A DNA stretch of 64,000 bases from Bugula neritina. Its lineage: Eukaryota; Animalia; Bryozoa. The DNA is taken from assembly GCA_964035545.1 (NCBI GenBank), contig OZ037771.1, positions 1,375,628-1,439,627 on the forward strand, written 5' to 3'. Positions 41,901 to 54,716 of this stretch are shown here, piece after piece (the first letter of the stretch is position 1; every line of letters begins with the position of its first letter). Both the position numbers and the translations under genes were made by a program. The notes under the pieces are model-generated. The model was not told the DNA's origin and searched no databases. It saw only the letters and a program-made list of their open reading frames with translations.

Positions 41901-44900
41901 ATGAATAAATTATATTTGGTTTAGTTGTCTCTCCTATTGTTTTGAACAATAAAAACTACTACTAACTCTATTACTAGTACTAGCACTATTTATAGCTAAA
42001 AAACTTTTTCCTACAATCTGATCAATGTTGTTAACTTGATTTTCCAAGAAATAATAGCATTTTCTAAAATTGAGAACTTTTTGTTATTAAGCTTAGACAA
42101 GTAAGTACTATAGCCATCAATTTTCAGCTTTAATAGTCAACTCTAACACTATGTAAGAGTAATCTCATCTTGAAAGTTGTCTTTCTGTAGTAACAAATAC
42201 CTTAGTTGAGTCTTTTAGGGAAGTAATAGTTACATCATGGCTCTCATCCATCCGCAGCACATCTGGCATGCCACTCAGGTCAAGAGAGGTGTCATCTCCC
42301 CTTGCTGATGCTGCCTGCAATAGTAGTGTCAACCCAGGTGTCAACATATCAACACATAATATGTCAACATATCAACACATTATTTGTCAACATACCAACA
42401 CAATTTTCAACACATCAACACATATGTCAAGATATCAACACATGTGTCAACATATCAACATGTGTGTCAACATATCAGCACATAATATGTCAACATATCA
42501 GCACATAATATTATGCCAACATATCAACACGTGTGTCAACATATCAATACATAATATGTCAACAAATCAACACATGTGTCAACATATCAGTACATTTTGT
42601 GTCAGCAGATCAATGTAGATTTAAAAAATCTTTAGAATAAAACAGATTTAAGCTAACTACTCACATGTATTAATGACATAGTATGCATATGGAAGATTAT
42701 ATTATGATACTACAGTGTCTATACAATATATACATAGTATTTTACTGCAATAGCATAGCTTTATATTGTTTTTCAAATAAAATCCTAAATTGAAAATGTA
42801 TTACCATGTAATAAGTTGAGGGATGGTAGAAGTCTATATCTTCATCCTCTTCTGCTCCGTCTGCTGGAACACCAGATATATACATGATATTGGATACACT
42901 CGTTTTCTGAGACTGAATTATCTTACATAGGTAGATGAGTCTGTGTACATTAGCAATTAACTAAGTTTTTACTGGATAGTTTCAGAACTCTATTATTGCA
43001 AGAGAAAGATTTAGGTTTCACTAATTTCTAAGTTGATCATATGAGCCTTTTTTAGTAGCACAGTGGAGGATTATAAATACTCATTTGATGTTTGAAAAAT
43101 GGAGTATTATGCAACCAGGTTTCCTAGGTAACATTTTTCACTCACTCAAGTAAAATCGAAATCTTATACAAGTAATAGTGTCTATAGATTAATTATGAAA
43201 TGCTGCAGGGTTACGCCTTCACCCAACTGATTTACTTGGATATCATTCATAGTTAATTGTTACAAATAAACTAAATTAAATCTTTCAACCAGAAAATATA
43301 AACAAAATGCTGAGGCACAAAAGGATAAAATTAAAAGATGAAGGTTATCTTTAGGTCAACCAAAACAGAATGGTTATTGATTATTGGTTATTGGTTCAAA
43401 CAACATGCGGGATACTCGAGGTGAACCCACACAATACCTGTGAGATGGCGAAGCTCAATGTCTGTAGAGCTATGGTTGCCACCGCGGAACAGTGATAACC
43501 GGGAATGTCTATACGTGGAGGTGTTACCACCAACTAGCAGTATTACCATACAGTAGATTATTATACATGATATCTACACATAGTAACACTAGCTAATACT
43601 CTCTGGGATATGAGTTATGTAGCAAAAAGAACTCTTTCTAGTTGGCTAAAGGCCAAAGAGTATAATTTCACAGCAAATTATAAAAATGAATGTTCAAAAG
43701 ACTGATTTCCATGTCCTAACTTTGGCTGCAGTTCCTTTGCAATTCTTTTAGTTGTTATCGAACTTAAATTATGATATGATATAAACAAGACGAAACAACA
43801 TGAATACTAAAATACAATAATATACACTAACAACTATCTACGTAGTATCTATGAGTATACGAGTAGCATTTACCAGAGAACAGGAAATTACCTGCAGATG
43901 ATGATTGTGAGCTGCTAGCGTACTGCAGAGCCTCAGCACCATGACCTTTTCGCCTAGCAAAATAGAGGGCGAGGAATATGAGCCCCATCATAACAATGAA
44001 CCCTGTAACCGAGCCTCCAATCACCACTGGGGAGAGATTCATCTTGGATTTGATGTCACCAACGTACTGAAGCAGACGTATAATACAGCTGCTAACATAG
44101 CTAACATAATAACTAACCATAATTATTTAGAATAATTTTAGAGATAGTAGATTGTCAGACCATCTTAGCAATTAATAATATGCAACACAATAATTTTGAC
44201 AAATGTATAGTTGTTAGGAGTTATCATCTATTTGCTCTGCACATTCAAAGGCAGTTTAACATGAAAATGTATGGCTAGATAACAGTTGTTATATAAATGT
44301 ATTGTTAATGATGCAACCAACTTCACAATGAAGCATGCTGAATTATAAAAAAAATTGCTTTATACTATTCATATTTATACTATTTATACTATATAAATAT
44401 AGAGAACTTTCAAACTGCTTGCTGATTAGTCAATTTATATACCTATACTAAAAGATGCCTTTACTTATTTTTTTTAATTTGCTTTAAGGAATTGCTTGCA
44501 GTTTTTTGCAAAAATAATTAAACGTTGATACTTCATAGCCAAGCTAAAATGTGCTTACATGCAGGAACCCCATATTAGCAGATTAAGAAGAGTATACAAT
44601 CTCAAAGTTTTGTATCTGGAGATAGACTATATCAACTTGTTGAAAGCACAACTCCAAACTCAAATTCACAATTACTAAACTTATTTTCATTTCATACCAA
44701 GGCCAGTACTATGTTTAAACAAATATTAAAAACAAACATGGGAGAATATAACTCAACTACTGAATATTCAAAGATTGTTAGCTCAAACTGATTAACTTCT
44801 AAAAGCACTTCACATAACAAAATATGTTGATTCAATAACTGAACTTTATTAACTGTTTTATAGCTATTTAATTTATTTGCATAACAGTACTGCATGCATG

Positions 44901-47900
44901 TTGGGTTAAACCTTTGCTACTTTCAATGCTGACAATGCAGGTATGTTAGTAGTTGAAATAAAAAAGATAGAAATAGCAGTAAATCATTGCAACTCAGTTC
45001 TATGCAACACTAATACCGCTCCTTATTTGTATACCTCCTGAAACAAAGAGAATAACTTATCAACTATTTTAAGGTTTCACTTTCAGAACTCAACTTCAAG
45101 GGTCTGTTGCAAGTTGAACTTGTGTGTGTGAAGGACACTAAAACCTACTTCAGGGTAGATTGAATAACACGTTGCTTAGAATTGCTGCCGCATACTTCTA
45201 ACAAATCACAAGGCTATCAGATGCCATCTTAGAGCATTGATTTCAAACAACTCAAATAGAATTGTCTCAACTTAAAGCTCTGACAGTGTGTTAAGTGCTG
45301 AAATTACATAAGATGGTAGACTTCAATGTAGTGTGTCAATAATGGCAGTGAAGTCAATAGTAGAACTACAGTAGAGTAGAAGATAACAATGCAATTGTAA
45401 TACACTCACTCTCATTTTATACAAGAAAGTCCTAATTTTCAATAAAAGGTAGTAGAATTAAAGTGAAAAAATCATGCTCTTGTATTGCAATTAAGCTACT
45501 ACTACTTATATATGCCAGTTGGGCTAACTGAAACCTACCACTTGCATCAGCACTGTCTTGTCTCGAGTTTCTCCCTTCACTTCATATTCATTTTGAAGAG
45601 CGGAAAAAGAATTGTTGTTTGGAGCCGTCCAGTTTAAAGCCACTTGTATTTTATGATTGGAAGCTGGTCCTTTTGGCAGCTCCTTCACCAGTATTCTACC
45701 CTGTGGACAGATAACTCTGAATCACATACAAGGTTATTGTAGATTATTCAAATATTAGCAAACTTTTCACTTTTTGCTTATGTTATTTCCACCCAATTTC
45801 TAATATATATATATATATATCTCAATCTGTGGACAGCAGCTGTTTCGGGATTTGTCCCCTCATCAGCACAGAATATATATGTGACCTGGCACCACAAAAC
45901 AAGGGATGTATATAAAATGTTGGAAACCTAGTTATTATTATGGAGTGATAGAGCAGACTTTTCCAAACATTTTGCACTTTATTTGAAGTCTCTAGCATCA
46001 ATAGAACTCGAGATATCAGTATTTAAAAACTTGAACGTTTTTAGAATTTCTAAATTACTGTTTCGAGAAAATCGCGTTTAAAGTTGGCAACTCTAGAATA
46101 AGTTGAGAATTATTTGTTTACAATTTACAAGCCTTAGCAACGGGTCTTTGTATAATAGGAATAGTGACAAATTTGGTATCAAAATAATTGTGAAAGTTTG
46201 GGCTTTCTGTTAAACTAAATTTCATGCTGCCTCAACATAAAATTAGGTCAAATATGGCCGCCAAACTTTTTGTCGAATTTATTTGTCAATTCGCTTTTTA
46301 CTTTGTTTAATGGTTGAAAGGTTTAACAGTTCCAGCAAAGAAGAGGATGTTTCAGCAAGTTTGTGTGTTGAGATATTTAAATTAGGCATCCAAGTCAGCA
46401 GGAAATCACATAAAACAAAATGGCAGCTGCTTCCTCTTATACATTGAATATCTCTCTTTCCTCTAATATATTGTGTAATATATCAAACTGCAGCTATTGA
46501 GCTGTGCTGTTTCATAATTATTGCTAAATGAGTAGAACACTTATGAGAAAATTATTTGAATATTATGAGATTATGCGAGGTTCATTCATAAATATCTTTA
46601 TAATCTCTAACGGCAACTAAATTTAGCAATTGATTTGGCCGAAATGTTGAAAATATAAACATAAAATCAGCTATTAGAACTTTTGAGTTTTATTAGGCAT
46701 TAATATTCCCATTTAAAACATCAAATACATTATTTTAAAAAACCAATTAAATGCAGTAAAAAATCCAGCCTAGATACAACCATTATGCTTGAATTAACTC
46801 TTATCAAGAAAAGAAAATTAGATAGCTTCTACGGTTTTTGCAAAGAAGGCACTTTTCATCTTTCTACTTTCTTGGTCTTCATAATATGAGTTTACGGAGT
46901 ATGGACACATAACATCATGTATGTGGCAAAAGCTTCATCACTATCATCAGCTGATTTTCTAGCAATTAGAGATGCTGCTACTTGACCTCCATCCTGCCAA
47001 TCTACCCACTTATTGTCTATTCCAGAGCTGAAAGTACAATGTTGACTTTTTTTAAATAACAAAAGGAAACGGTAGCTTGATTAGAAATTATACCCAGTTA
47101 TATTACAAAAATTTAGTTGGCTAAACACTCTTGTGGTACTATTATGGCAGCAGTTAATTGTGATCCTGCATTTCATCAACGTTTAAATTTATTGAATTAA
47201 ACAGAACAATTTGAATTAAAAAAATGCTTGATAATTTTCAAGCACATCATTAAAAGACTGCAAACCTTTTTATGAATGAAATAAGCAGAAGCCATAACCT
47301 TGCAAGCCAAAATTCGGAGTGTCTACATTAGAAGTATTAGATTGATAGGTAGCAGAGTTGTGTAGGTATAAGTCTTCACTCTAATGCCCTCACAAGTGCA
47401 CTTTCTAAAATGTACAGAATATAGGATTATTCTATATTAACATAGTATTATCAGTAAAATTACACATTATGCACTTGAATATCTAGCATCTCTGCAATTG
47501 GCAATTTTGAAGCAATGTCTTTAGATAACTATTAACCACTCAGGCATTTAATTGAGTAAAAAAGCTAGCTAAGTGCAATTGAATCTATTAAAGACATTTA
47601 CTATAAAATCAATTTGAATTCAATAAATTACTTTAAAATATGAATAAATTTTTGCTCATCTTATAATAAAATTAAAAAGTTTAGACTATTTATGTATTCA
47701 GTTAGTGTTACTACTCACTAAATAGGACTAAAAGTAACTTACTGAAAAACTAAGTCAGTCAACTATAGAATCATCATGAACTCGCATTAATATTTTATCA
47801 TTATACTCATTTACATTTAGTCACATTTATCATTTCAATTTGGTTATAGGTGATGCTTTTATCAATATAAATATGATTATCAATTGAGTTTTGATAGTAA

Positions 47901-50900
47901 CACTAACTGTAAGCCTGCATAATGTGATAAAGATTTTATCATTATATTTTAAATCAAACTTTGAGCTAATTTAAAAATCACAAAAGGAACCGGTAGTTTG
48001 ACTAGTACTAGTAGGCCTAATGTTAATACTAATAGTAATAGTAATCAGTAACTGTATTGACAAAATCTAAGACAGAGGCTAAAAGTTACTAAGACTAAGA
48101 GTAAGAGTAAGTCTAATGTAAATTGAAATATTAACTATAGAATAAATCAATAAATATAATACTATCAGTATGAGTATCAAGTTTTAAGAGCAAAGGCGAA
48201 ACTCAGAGTCAGACTCAAATACTAATACAGTAATACTAATGAGTAATAAGTAATAGTAAGAGTGAATTTATAATTATTAATTATTTATACTTATACTATA
48301 AGTATAAGTAATTAATAATTATAAATTCACTCTTACTATTACTTATTACTTATTACTAATGTAAATGTAATACTAATAATATTAGTATTACATTTACTGT
48401 ATTAGTATTTGAGTCTGACTCTGAGTTTCGCCTTTGCTCTTAAAACTTGATACTCATACTGATAGTATTATATCATTCATGATTTACTGATACTGGTATT
48501 TGGTAGTAAAACCAAATGTAACTCATTAATATTAATAGTATAACTATAACTTATAGTTATAGTTATACTATTATTATTAATCATAATGAGTTACATTTGG
48601 TTTTACTACCAAATACCAGTAAATCATGAATGATAATCATTATGATTATCATCATGAGTAACCGTACCTCAAACTGTGAGTCATAGTGAGAGTCATTTAA
48701 ATAGTTACTAGTTGAGTAGTAGTACTAGTAGTAGTATAGAATAGAATAGACTAAGACATACTGATAGTGATACTCCTACGGCTACTCCTAGTGATACTGA
48801 TAGTACAAATATTAATAAATTGATAACTACAAATAATCTTGGCAACAATTCTAAGTTAGTAGCGTAAATGATTGTTTTGAGTATAATTACCTGTATTGTT
48901 GCGGTTTTCAAGCTTGAACGCTAAAGATAAAGATTAAGTTCAGCATTTATCACCAAAGGGCAAAACAGCTCAGTAACTTAAAAGCTAACTTTGGATGGAA
49001 CGCGATGAAAAACTAAACTTAGCCTTCGATTTTTAATATGATGTTTCTGACAGTACGAAGAAAGAGGTGGAAGCTAAATTTATTTGATAAAAAATAAATT
49101 TGCAAGATCTCACGCTATGAAAATGACTAAAATTGTCCTCTTTCTTTAATTGATAACTTCGCAATTTTTTCATCATTTAGAAAATTGAAAGCCTTAGTTA
49201 CCAACTTTAAATGCAATTTTAGAGCTGAAGGAATCATTAAATGCTTACGAAAGTATGATTTTTGAAATCCTTGGATTTTTTTGCATTAGAAAAGTTTAAA
49301 ATCTAAAAATTGGAAATTAATTTCAAATTTAAGTATTTCCAAATTAAGCCTTCATTTACTACACTTAATAAACGCCGCCACATCCCCGGTTTTGTCGCGA
49401 CTGGTCACATATATATATATATATAGGATCACTGCATCATAAGACATTTGCAGATTAATACTTACTAAATACATTTTTGGTAATGTGCTCAATGGACCTT
49501 CCAACAGCAATGTAAATGAATTTTGGGGTAGTAATGGCTAATGGTAAAGTGGCCATATCCAAATACTAATATGTACCACTGTTGAAGGGACATTTTAACA
49601 TAGTTGAACAATAAGTCGACGCAAATTTTGTGATATATCACGCAAATTTTTGTTATAGAAAAGTGTCTATTTTTTGTTGAAGCAGGTACTAAATTTCTTC
49701 TTTAAAACAAATATTTTATATGTGTAAAAAATAGATTTCGAAAGCATCATATAAGTTTTGTTTACAATTGATAAATCAAGTAAACAGAATTGCTGTGAAC
49801 AATTATAAAAAAATAACAGGAGAAGCAACTCCTAATAAATGTTGAATCCAAAAGTAACATTGACTGAAGACTATAAACTAAAGATCATACGAACGATTGA
49901 TAAAATAATTTGATTCTCTAAAATAGCTAAAAACTTTGACTTGTATTATTGTGGAGCTTAGCAACTGTAGAAGTTGTGAAAGAAAAATGCATTCCTTACA
50001 ACACAAAGCTACGAACAAAGCAGACAGCCCATTACTAACGTTTAGAGTCATTCTTAGAAAGTAATCTGTTTGGATTTTATGGAAAAATAATAAAATGTAA
50101 CTTATATTGCCTATTGACAAATCACTAAAATAATAGCTGTAGAATGCTAGAAGCTAAAATCTGAATGGTGAAAGGACTCATGCTACATTAACCTACACAA
50201 TTCACTTATTTTCATAGCATACTTAACCTAATAGCAGTGTTGCATATCTTCAAGCTTTCACAGAGAGGAGAATTTTGCAAATTAAATTTACTCATGTTAT
50301 AGTGCCAACGTTTACTAGTTGTTCAAAATAATACGATCATTGATGTCACAAAACAGAGCTACCAAATTATTTATTGGTTATAGAATAGTACTAAGAGTAA
50401 AAGTCAAACAATTTTATACTAAAAGCACATATTGCGTTTTGAGGTGACCAAAAACTTTAAAACCTTCAAAACTATACAATATTTTTAAAAGTTGTCTTCT
50501 CCTAAAATATTCCCATTTTTGTTTAGTTATATAATAGTATATGCAAAGTAAGCATAGCATTTCTCACAGAAAACTAAAACTAAAAAAAGTGCGTTAAAAG
50601 TTTTCAGATTTGTGTGTTGTCTTACATTAAAGCAGTAGAAGAGGAGAAAGAAATGTTATAGCAAATGATCCTGGATCTTGACTCTAAGGCTAACTGACCT
50701 TGACCAGAAGAGAAGAGCCACAGTATAATCACTACACAAGACAGAATGTACTGATACAGAAAGGAATTATTGTCTATGTATTGATTCCAGTTCTATAGAC
50801 AAATAGCTAGAGATTGTTGAAATAGCTGAGACTAGAGAAAGAGTCCCCTAGCTTACTAAAAGCTATTGTGATGAATCTCAGGCTATAGCTGTATAATATC

Positions 50901-52658
50901 ATCTCCATATGACAAAAGCTAAATATCTTTGACTATAGGACTCAATTCATCAGCATAACCCAAGTTACAACTAAAATTTCAACTGCTGCTACAACGAAGT
51001 GATGATTTTAGGCTATAATGTACATGTTTCTACTGCTCCCCTTACATATTCAACATTATAATTTTGCTCTAAATTTTTATAACTATCAAGTAGCAATTTA
51101 CCTGGTGATCTCATTTTTACCTGCAATTACCTATATCTTGTTGTTTCTACTGCTGACAGAATAATAGGTGATTATTACACATACAGCCCTATAACATGCT
51201 TATTGACTAAAGAAATTGCTTACAATTACCATAGTGTAGGTTGATATCACTAACACAGTTGTGTGAATACAGCTTATTCTAGTAATTAGACCTGTTATAA
51301 TGAGAACAGATGGCTGTGTTCAATTCAATGTAATGCTGACAGTTCTTAAAGTAAAATAGCTTCTGTGCTGATAGCTGACAAACTAAATGCTGCCGGCTGC
51401 CGGAAGTTGAGAGTTTAGTTTGTATTTCATAGTTTGATGTTTGGGTTCAAGTACGACTAGAATTAGAATTGGGACAATTTCTCTTGCCCACATTGTCTAC
51501 TGGGACTAGCCCTATTCACAGAAAACTACAATATTCATGCATGTTTTACCGTATGGCAGTTACAATACTAGACTAAATAGAAAGAGAACCTCTTCCTAAT
51601 GCACATCATCAGGCACAAAGTTAACAGGAAACATTAAACGAGAGCTCTAATATAATATTTATAAAACTGTATAATCCGCACCTCAAAGTGAAGAGTGGAC
51701 AAACCCAAAATATTCAGTTACACTACATGTGCTTTCAAAGACAAGTACGGCATCATTACTATCATCATAAATCCAAACACTGCAACCAACTTAATATTTG
51801 TATGCTATTGTAGGCCCCTCTTAGGAAATTAAAGTGCTAATGAGTTTAAATAATCACCTCTTCTTCTCCTCTCTAATCTTTATAATAATTTTTTCGATAA
51901 TATAACCATTTAGTCAATATGCTATTGAATGCTTGACACGTCATTTCCTGACACATTATTACCTGACACATTATTATCTGACACCTTAATAGAGAAAGAA
52001 ATTTTTACAATCTTTACAAGCAGCCAGCAGTAGAATAAGAAATATCAGCACTTGTTTTACTCTGTCTAATCACCCTATTAATCTATCCACATTGTAATGA
52101 ATACATTCTTTCTATCAATTAACAGCAATCTGCATCCTACATCATCTAAGTGAAAATCTAGCTAATTTTAGTTTTGCATAACATTTATGAGTTCAGGAAT
52201 TTAAGAATAATAATCCAGCATATTATTTGCAAACTCTGTGATGAACCACCATGCTTGTGATACTATTATTAGTAACATTAGCTTGTGAAATATATGTAAA
52301 TAAATTTTACAACTAATGAATAAACTGAGTAGAAAATGGTTGTACACCTCACACTAGATTGATAAACACTAGTTTACCCACCACAATCACACTGAGATGA
52401 GTTATAATATGGAAGTCAACTCACCCTGGTGTTTTGTCGTATGACCAAAGACAAAACGTCGTCTTTATTCGTATGTTCTACTAGAAAGGTTCTCACAGTA
52501 AACTTTGAGCAGGTAGTGGAATGTGTGTTCACCAGCCAGTAGTCAGCATTGTGGCCTGACTTAGGAGTCTCAGCGTCTGTGAATCCTAAATAACAAACGG
52601 CAAGGCAGCCCACCATCAGAAAGCTCCTCCATTTTCCTGGAGCTGAGTCATCTTCCAT
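17944..52658 (-). CDS. Large multi-pass membrane protein (~2189 aa): SP - small ectodomain - TM - cytoplasmic loop - TM/internal signal - EGF, cbEGF, 2x TNFR-Cys - putative class II fusogen-like ectodomain - 5-TM module
   Basis: 36 GT-AG exons, phase-consistent, total 6570 nt: 52658-52425, 45700-45539, 44066-43892, 43533-43438, 42863-42805, 42314-42201, 41867-41741, 41246-40992, 40629-40405, 40141-40049, 39248-39087, 38618-38502, 37293-37219, 36631-36560, 34875-34717, 34355-34238, 33908-33743, 31507-31324, 31153-31100, 30393-30286, 28723-28591, 28187-28054, 27537-27398, 26468-26412, 25207-25085, 24790-24706, 24236-24066, 23891-23095, 22872-22631, 21472-21344, 20842-20699, 20588-20474, 20056-19190, 19080-18939, 18680-18479, 18277-17944. 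The join 40992->40629 (GAGA|gtaagt ... cacag|GT) is the least certain; without it there are two genes (52658-40954 and ~40629-17944). Confidence 0.7.
21755..22608. repeat. ~22-bp minisatellite (GAGAGAGAGTTATACATATACA)n
   Basis: About 38 variable-length units; source of spurious ORFs 22086-22623. Confidence 0.95.
24517..24695. repeat. 23-bp minisatellite (ACAGAAAGCCTGTGTTCTATGAG)n
   Basis: About 7.5 tandem units next to the donor of exon 24790-24706. Confidence 0.95.
25225..25410. repeat. 12-bp AT-rich tandem repeat (TATGATATACTA)n
   Basis: Visible directly. Confidence 0.9.
25430..25881. mobile_element. PIF/Harbinger-type MITE (second family)
   Basis: Imperfect TIRs GCGTAGGGTCACACG...CGTGTAGCCCTACGC, TTA target-site duplication, 452 bp, no ORF. 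Confidence 0.85.
26932..27275. mobile_element. PIF/Harbinger-type MITE, copy 2 (inverted relative to 14249-14591)
   Basis: Same TIRs and interior, TAA TSD. Confidence 0.9.
27618..27725. repeat. ~21-bp tandem repeat (TAACTACAATAACTACTACTT)
   Basis: About 5 units. Confidence 0.8.
29590..30310. repeat. 34-bp minisatellite containing the exon 3' end and 5' splice site of exon 30393-30286
   Basis: Unit CTAACCTGTAGCACATTCTATAGCAGCAGCAGTA; CTAACC recurs every 34 bp from 29601 to 30281 (21 copies). Confidence 0.95.
36560..39248 (-). other. EGF-like, calcium-binding EGF and two TNFR-type Cys-rich repeats (domain block of the large gene)
   Basis: Symmetric phase-1 exons: CTPKTICPTAPNQTHLGCDWKTQKCVCKRGWELNNQQVC; DVNECEMGRCPPNMQCTNSPGSYSCICNQG (cbEGF consensus); CTVGCGEGFYQVSPCNTTADRAC; CSKCMGASFTYKPCNGIEDTQC. 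Confidence 0.85.
42326..42595. repeat. Degenerate tandem repeat (TGTCAACATATCAACACA-like)
   Basis: Variable 20-24-bp units adjacent to the acceptor of exon 42314-42201. Confidence 0.85.
45826..45872 (-). ncRNA. Minimal type I hammerhead ribozyme (Penelope-associated type)
   Basis: Minus strand TCTGTG-CTGATGA-GGGGACAAATCCC-GAAA-CAGC-T-GCTG-TC-CACAGA: stem I TCTGTG/CACAGA, intact CUGAUGA and GAAA core, stem II GGGA/TCCC, short palindromic stem III ACAGC/GCTGT, GUC cleavage triplet. Confidence 0.85.
45880..49409. mobile_element. 3.5-kb non-autonomous/decayed DNA transposon inserted in (TA)n
   Basis: 30-bp imperfect TIRs (TGTGACCTGGCACCACAAAACAAGGGATGT vs rc TGTGACCAGTCGCGACAAAACCGGGGATGT, 24/30 match), flanked on both sides by TA repeats. 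No intact transposase ORF; superfamily not assigned. Confidence 0.8.
48154..48651. repeat. Adjacent long foldback palindromes (48154-48473, 48472-48635) with nested smaller hairpins
   Basis: e.g. ACTATCAGTATGAGTATCAAGTTTTAAGAGCAAAGGCGAAACTCAGAGTCAGACTC and its exact reverse complement ~200 bp downstream. Confidence 0.92.
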
Positions 52659-54716
52659 TTTACGTCTGATGGTAGTAGTTAGTAGCTTGATGGAGCCATG
52701 AGCTGTTTTACCCAAGTTAACTACATTATTTCACTAAGCTAGGTAATGTTCCTTTCACTCTATACAATGAGAACTGGTAGTAAATGTTCACAAAACCTGT
52801 GGCAAGCAGCTCGAATCCTATTGGCTGTTACATTAACTGTACTACCTCCTTGTCTATATTATTTTTCTAATTTATTTCTTTTTTTACTTATTTTACAAAT
52901 AAGTTATTGTGTAAAACAAACAAAAAAATTTAAAAACATCATTACCCCTAAAGCAAAGTTAATTAGAAATGAAAATTTTAAGAAAACTGCAATGTTTTGC
53001 AGAACTAACAAATATATTACTCCCTATAGAAAATAACAGCCAAACAAGGCAGTTTCACTTTCACTGAGGGGTTTCAAGCTACCTAGACTGGAAGTTTGAC
53101 TTAAGATGGTATACAATCTGAAACACACTCATGGAGTTGCTGTGAATTACGTGCAGGTTAGTACATAAGCATGGGGTTAGTTTGAATCACTTTTGATTCT
53201 ACAAAAAACTAGCCGTTACCTCATTGATTTTGTGCACAATAAAAGCCTTTTTGATAAACCAGTGATTATTACAAATAAACTATTTAAATTTATTGTCACT
53301 CTACTAGTCTTAGTAGCTTCTCGCAAAAACCTGCTTGACTTAATTTATTTGAAGTTAAGTGAACCTACTTAATTTACTCAAGTAATTTCAGTTAACAACT
53401 TCAGTTGTCATATGTCACATATTGAATGCAGAATTTTTCAAGTTACATTTTTTGTAGTCAAGTTTATTACAAGTAATAATACTTAATCATTCTGATATTG
53501 AGTTGTGCACTTAAATAACTACTTGGTGTAATCAAGTAACCTGACTCTAGTCATTTAAGTGTAATCTTGTAGTCTCAAAACCTTTCCTATCTTAACACTA
53601 ATTTTTGAGATCTTCAACGCTAGCTAAGTAAACTCATATTCTAAAATATATTAAACGAAATTATAATAATATAATGCAATATAGTATGCACTATAATACT
53701 TTGTTATTTGATATAGGAAATACTTATGTATAACATCTTGCTTTGATTATACTTGTTTATAGACGTAGTAGTTGCAGTAATTGAAAAACTGGAAAAAGGC
53801 CGTGTTCTAGATTAGAAATTTGTAGCAAAAGAAGTTTTGTTCTCACACAAAAATCAACTAGCAACCAAAACCAAAGTCTTATGAGAAAGATAAAGAAATT
53901 AGGCTATCTCAATTTTTTACTACTGAACCTAGATTTGCTTATTTATACCATCAATTTTATGTACTTAAATTATTATAATATTATATTATATCATAGCAGT
54001 TGACCCGATTGGCTTACTGCAACATGCAATTACTTATACATGTAGAGGATCAGAAACAGAGCAAAATTTTTTACTTCTTGTCAAGTATGCATCAACTAAC
54101 TATACTTTAACCTTGTTTATTTTGTTTTACAGATGAAGATTAATACAGCCTTGTTTTACAATAAATTATTTTCACACTAATGACGCGTACAGCGAGTATT
54201 TTCTAAAAGTAAGTATACAATTATTTGTAACCAAGTCTTTATATAACCGCATTTTGATGGAAACAGTAACTACATGTATTTAGCTACAAATATTGCTAAC
54301 TGCCCCCTAAGGGATTGCTTTCACACTGTATCAGTGATAATTTACTTCTACATCCTCTTTTTTGTGTAACTACACATAACTGTGGCTGTCAACAGATGAA
54401 ATGTTATACCTTAGATATGTACTTGTGTGTATCAATTTATCCAAATGTCGTAGATGTAATTGGTTTTTATTTTTGTGCATGAACCATGTGCCTGAAAATT
54501 AGTCTGTATGTAAAAGAGTAAAATATACTATATACTATATACATAGTATATAGTATAGTATATAGTATATATATTATATACTATATACTATACTATACTC
54601 TGGAACTTGAATGATCATCTAAATACTCCGTTTTTTAAAGCCAACATGATCATTAAAATTTAAAGAACACTATACTTTGTTGGTAGAGAGTCACCCTTAT
54701 TACATGCTGATAAATC

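Noticed and set aside
45539-45700. Reeler domain call from the 'VALNWTAP' motif
   Set aside because: The rest of the Reeler signature is absent and the paralogous plus-strand exon lacks the motif.
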